Source: an uncultured virus (IMG/VR IMGVR_UViG_3300020577_012118) | Taxonomy: Duplodnaviria; Heunggongvirae; Uroviricota; Caudoviricetes | DNA: 64,000 nucleotides | Direction: 5' to 3' (one strand) | Virus record (IMG/VR): IMGVR_UViG_3300020577_012118 | Part shown: in pieces, positions 62,139-64,000 of the stretch | Layout: each line of letters starts with the position of its first letter | Numbering within the stretch: the stretch's first letter is position 1 | Notes under the pieces: model-generated | The model's database searches: none | What the model was told of the DNA's origin: nothing | What the model saw: only the letters and a program-made list of their open reading frames with translations | Made by a program: the position numbers and the translations under genes

Positions 62139-62181
62139 CCATTATCCCATAATGGCGTCTAAATGTCAAACGACGGGCTAT
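62139..62181 (-). promoter_or_regulatory. sigma70-like promoter with overlapping inverted repeat and conserved upstream element
   Basis: TTGACA-N17-GATAAT (62169-62141); CCATTAT-CCC-ATAATGG over the -10; flank matches 1766-1784 at 17/19. Confidence 0.7.
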
Positions 62182-62455
62182 ATGGCGGGATGCAAGACGT
62201 GTCCGGCCTGATCTCGACCGCCGCGATCGTGTCTTGCATCCCGCCCTCGACGAAGCCGGTCGTCAAGAACCAGGACTTGCGGCAGTTGTCGCAGACGTGG
62301 CGGACGACCATCCTCGTCTCGTTCCCCATGCGGTAGGCGACCGGGGCACGCCCCGAGAACTGGCAGACGCGGGCCTGTCCGTCCGGCCCGCAGTAGGGGC
62401 ACAGCGGCAGCGTGCCGATCCCCTCGACGACGCGGCAAGCGTACACCTTGTTCAC
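62159..62455 (-). CDS. NKV Zn-ribbon family member 3
   Basis: MNKVY...CPYCG...CDNC..W. Confidence 0.65.
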   Translation of the reverse strand: MNKVYACRVVEGIGTLPLCPYCGPDGQARVCQFSGRAPVAYRMGNETRMVVRHVCDNCRKSWFLTTGFVEGGMQDTIAAVEIRPDTSCIPPYSPSFDI

Positions 62456-62706
62456 GCCGTGATCTCCACCAGTTCATTGTCCCGCGTTCGGTAGACCATC
62501 GCGAATTGCCGCTCGCACGACAGGCACCGCCGCGTGCAAACGTAGACCGACTCTCGCGTCTTGTGGCAGATCGCGTACCGCGAGTCGTACCTACCGGAGT
62601 AGGTGCCCGAATGCTCGCCGCACAGTGGGCATGCGTCCATGTACTCCGGCAAGAGATGCCTCACTCTCCGGCTGTTCATGATGCGCACCACCACCACCTT
62701 GATCAT
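62452..62706 (-). CDS. NKV Zn-ribbon family member 4
   Basis: MIKVV...CPLCG...CLSC..F; 4-nt overlaps at both ends. Confidence 0.65.
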   Translation of the reverse strand: MIKVVVVRIMNSRRVRHLLPEYMDACPLCGEHSGTYSGRYDSRYAICHKTRESVYVCTRRCLSCERQFAMVYRTRDNELVEITA

Positions 62707-62969
62707 CCCTCCCTCCTTCTGTATGGCACGACGTGCGTCACGTGCGTCGTCCGCTTGACGTCGAAGTCATAACGGACGCCGACGCGGCACCTGCACGAGT
62801 ACCCTACCCATTCCCCGTCGCACGTCCCTTTGTCGTTGATCATGGCCTCCCGTCCGGACGGCGTTTCGTCCGGTTCATACGTCCACTTGTTGCTCCTTCC
62901 GCACACGGGGCACGGAACGGTTACGAACGGCGGGCCATGTACGACCCGCACCAGGTTCGCCTTGTTCAT
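62703..62969 (-). CDS. NKV Zn-ribbon family member 5
   Basis: MNKAN...CPVCG...CRC; GGAGG RBS. Confidence 0.65.
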   Translation of the reverse strand: MNKANLVRVVHGPPFVTVPCPVCGRSNKWTYEPDETPSGREAMINDKGTCDGEWVGYSCRCRVGVRYDFDVKRTTHVTHVVPYRRREG

Positions 62970-63217
62970 GCTGTCTTGCCCTCCGGGTAGCGCTCGTCGG
63001 CGACATCGATGAACCCAGTCACCTCGCCCAGTTCGTGATCCCAGCCGACAACGAACCGGCAGCCGTTCATTCGGCACCAGTACACGCGCTGTCCGGACGG
63101 ATGGCCATGCGGCGTCGCGTGCATCCGGAACGACTCGACCGTTCCGCACACCGGGCAGCGCCGGTATGGGTTGTCGTCCTTGCGTCCGAAACTCGCCCTC
63201 GTCACCTTGTTGCCCAT
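62966..63217 (-). CDS. NKV Zn-ribbon family member 6
   Basis: MGNKVT...CPVCG...CRMNGC; AGGAGG RBS. Confidence 0.65.
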   Translation of the reverse strand: MGNKVTRASFGRKDDNPYRRCPVCGTVESFRMHATPHGHPSGQRVYWCRMNGCRFVVGWDHELGEVTGFIDVADERYPEGKTA

Positions 63218-63231
63218 GATTCCTCCTGCCG

Positions 63232-63495
63232 TCACCTTGTGGTGATCGACGTGATGACGGTCTGCTCGTACCGCCTGTTGTCGAAAAAACCCGTCGCGTA
63301 GTGCAGAACGTAGAAGCCGTTGCAGATGCGGCATCGCGTACTGACGGCGTCCTCTCGAATTTCCGGCGTCCGCCTTTCGATGCGAGCCTTGATCCGCTTC
63401 TGGTAGCCGTGCTGCCCGCAGTGCGGGCAGACGTCCATGGCGAGCGATCCTCGACGCCGGCTGATCATCCGGCACACGATCACCTTGTTCAGCAT
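63232..63495 (-). CDS. NKV Zn-ribbon family member 7
   Basis: MLNKVI...CPHCG...CRIC..FY. Confidence 0.65.
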   Translation of the reverse strand: MLNKVIVCRMISRRRGSLAMDVCPHCGQHGYQKRIKARIERRTPEIREDAVSTRCRICNGFYVLHYATGFFDNRRYEQTVITSITTR

Positions 63496-63507
63496 GAGGC
63501 CCTCTGA

Positions 63508-63768
63508 CTAACTGTTCAAAGACACGTCGATGACGTCCGTGAGGTAGTAGCCGTCCCACGGGTCGAACATCTCCCGGTCGGGGCTGTAGCGGAGGACGTA
63601 CCACGCATCGCACCCGCCGCAATGTGCAATGTGGCCATACTCGTTTTGCAGACGCCTTCCCATTTGCTGGTTGCACCTGATGCCGCAGCACGGGCACATC
63701 ATCGTCTGGCCCAGCGTTCCGCCCAGGATGAGGACGACGGCCGGCTTCTTGAGCGTGTATCGCGTCAC
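63508..63768 (-). CDS. Zn-ribbon family member 8
   Basis: LKKPAVV...CPCCG...CGGC..WY; GGAGG then GTG. Confidence 0.6.
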   Translation of the reverse strand: MTRYTLKKPAVVLILGGTLGQTMMCPCCGIRCNQQMGRRLQNEYGHIAHCGGCDAWYVLRYSPDREMFDPWDGYYLTDVIDVSLNS

Positions 63769-64000
63769 GCCGCGTCCTCCTGGCCGTCGATGATCTTGAC
63801 GTTGGTGATAATGTTGTCGCCGCGGACCCATCCGACAAGCAGCGTCATGCCGCACCGGTCGCACCGGATTTTTGCCGCGGCGAGGACGACGCTGTCGCCT
63901 GCGTCCCAGGCGATGCACACCTGGCGTCCTTCGGTGCCTTGATGATCGACGCGACTCATGTCGCCACGCCGACAGGACGCCGCTACGCACGCCACCCTGG
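63765..64000 (-). CDS. Zn-ribbon family member 9 (probably 5'-truncated by the window edge)
   Basis: Frame open to the window end; CVAASC...CDRCG followed by beta strands. Confidence 0.5.
   Translation of the reverse strand, partial: RVACVAASCRRGDMSRVDHQGTEGRQVCIAWDAGDSVVLAAAKIRCDRCGMTLLVGWVRGDNIITNVKIIDGQEDAA

Noticed and set aside
63200..63240. 11-bp direct repeat CGTCACCTTGT 30 bp apart at a junction in the Zn-ribbon array
   Set aside because: Single instance, not found at the other junctions; cannot be supported as a recombination site.
61476..64000. Integron-like cassette array or diversity-generating retroelement
   Set aside because: Genes overlap or abut with no room for attC-like sites; the recurring AACAAGGT is explained by Asn-Lys-Val codons; no reverse transcriptase or template/variable repeat pair seen.

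Overview
The window reads as a large part of a GC-rich (about 68-70% by eye) tailed dsDNA phage genome of podovirus-like build; no host housekeeping genes, rRNA, tRNA or CRISPR array were seen. The rightward arm (2.9-49.6 kb) carries a probable scaffold, the major capsid protein and a holin plus papain-like (C1) peptidase cassette. It continues with a YqaJ exonuclease/annealing pair, a DUF1376-like replication initiator with internal iterons plus a DnaC-like loader, two DNA methyltransferases and DHFR. It ends with TerL, portal, tail/fibre genes, an HNH endonuclease and a block of probable ejected proteins. The leftward arm (49.8-64 kb, plus 0.2-1.6 kb) carries a DpdA/TGT-like protein, a PAPS-reductase-family protein, an SF2 helicase, a serine recombinase and many small ORFs. 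A TIGR02996-like motif and a Cys-rich secreted 'CPGGVCP' protein point to a planctomycete (Gemmataceae-like) host; this is inference. Strongest unexplained signals: (1) a tandem array of at least 9 highly diverged small zinc-ribbon paralogues, most with an N-terminal 'NKV'-type motif, next to the recombinase; (2) four adjacent probable ejection genes sharing an N-terminal module ending in DPLTY, with a 20-bp DNA identity in three and unrelated C-termini, one kinase-like; (3) the palindrome TTGCCCRYGGGCAA at 9 dispersed sites. All family calls come from motif recognition by eye; no database search was run.
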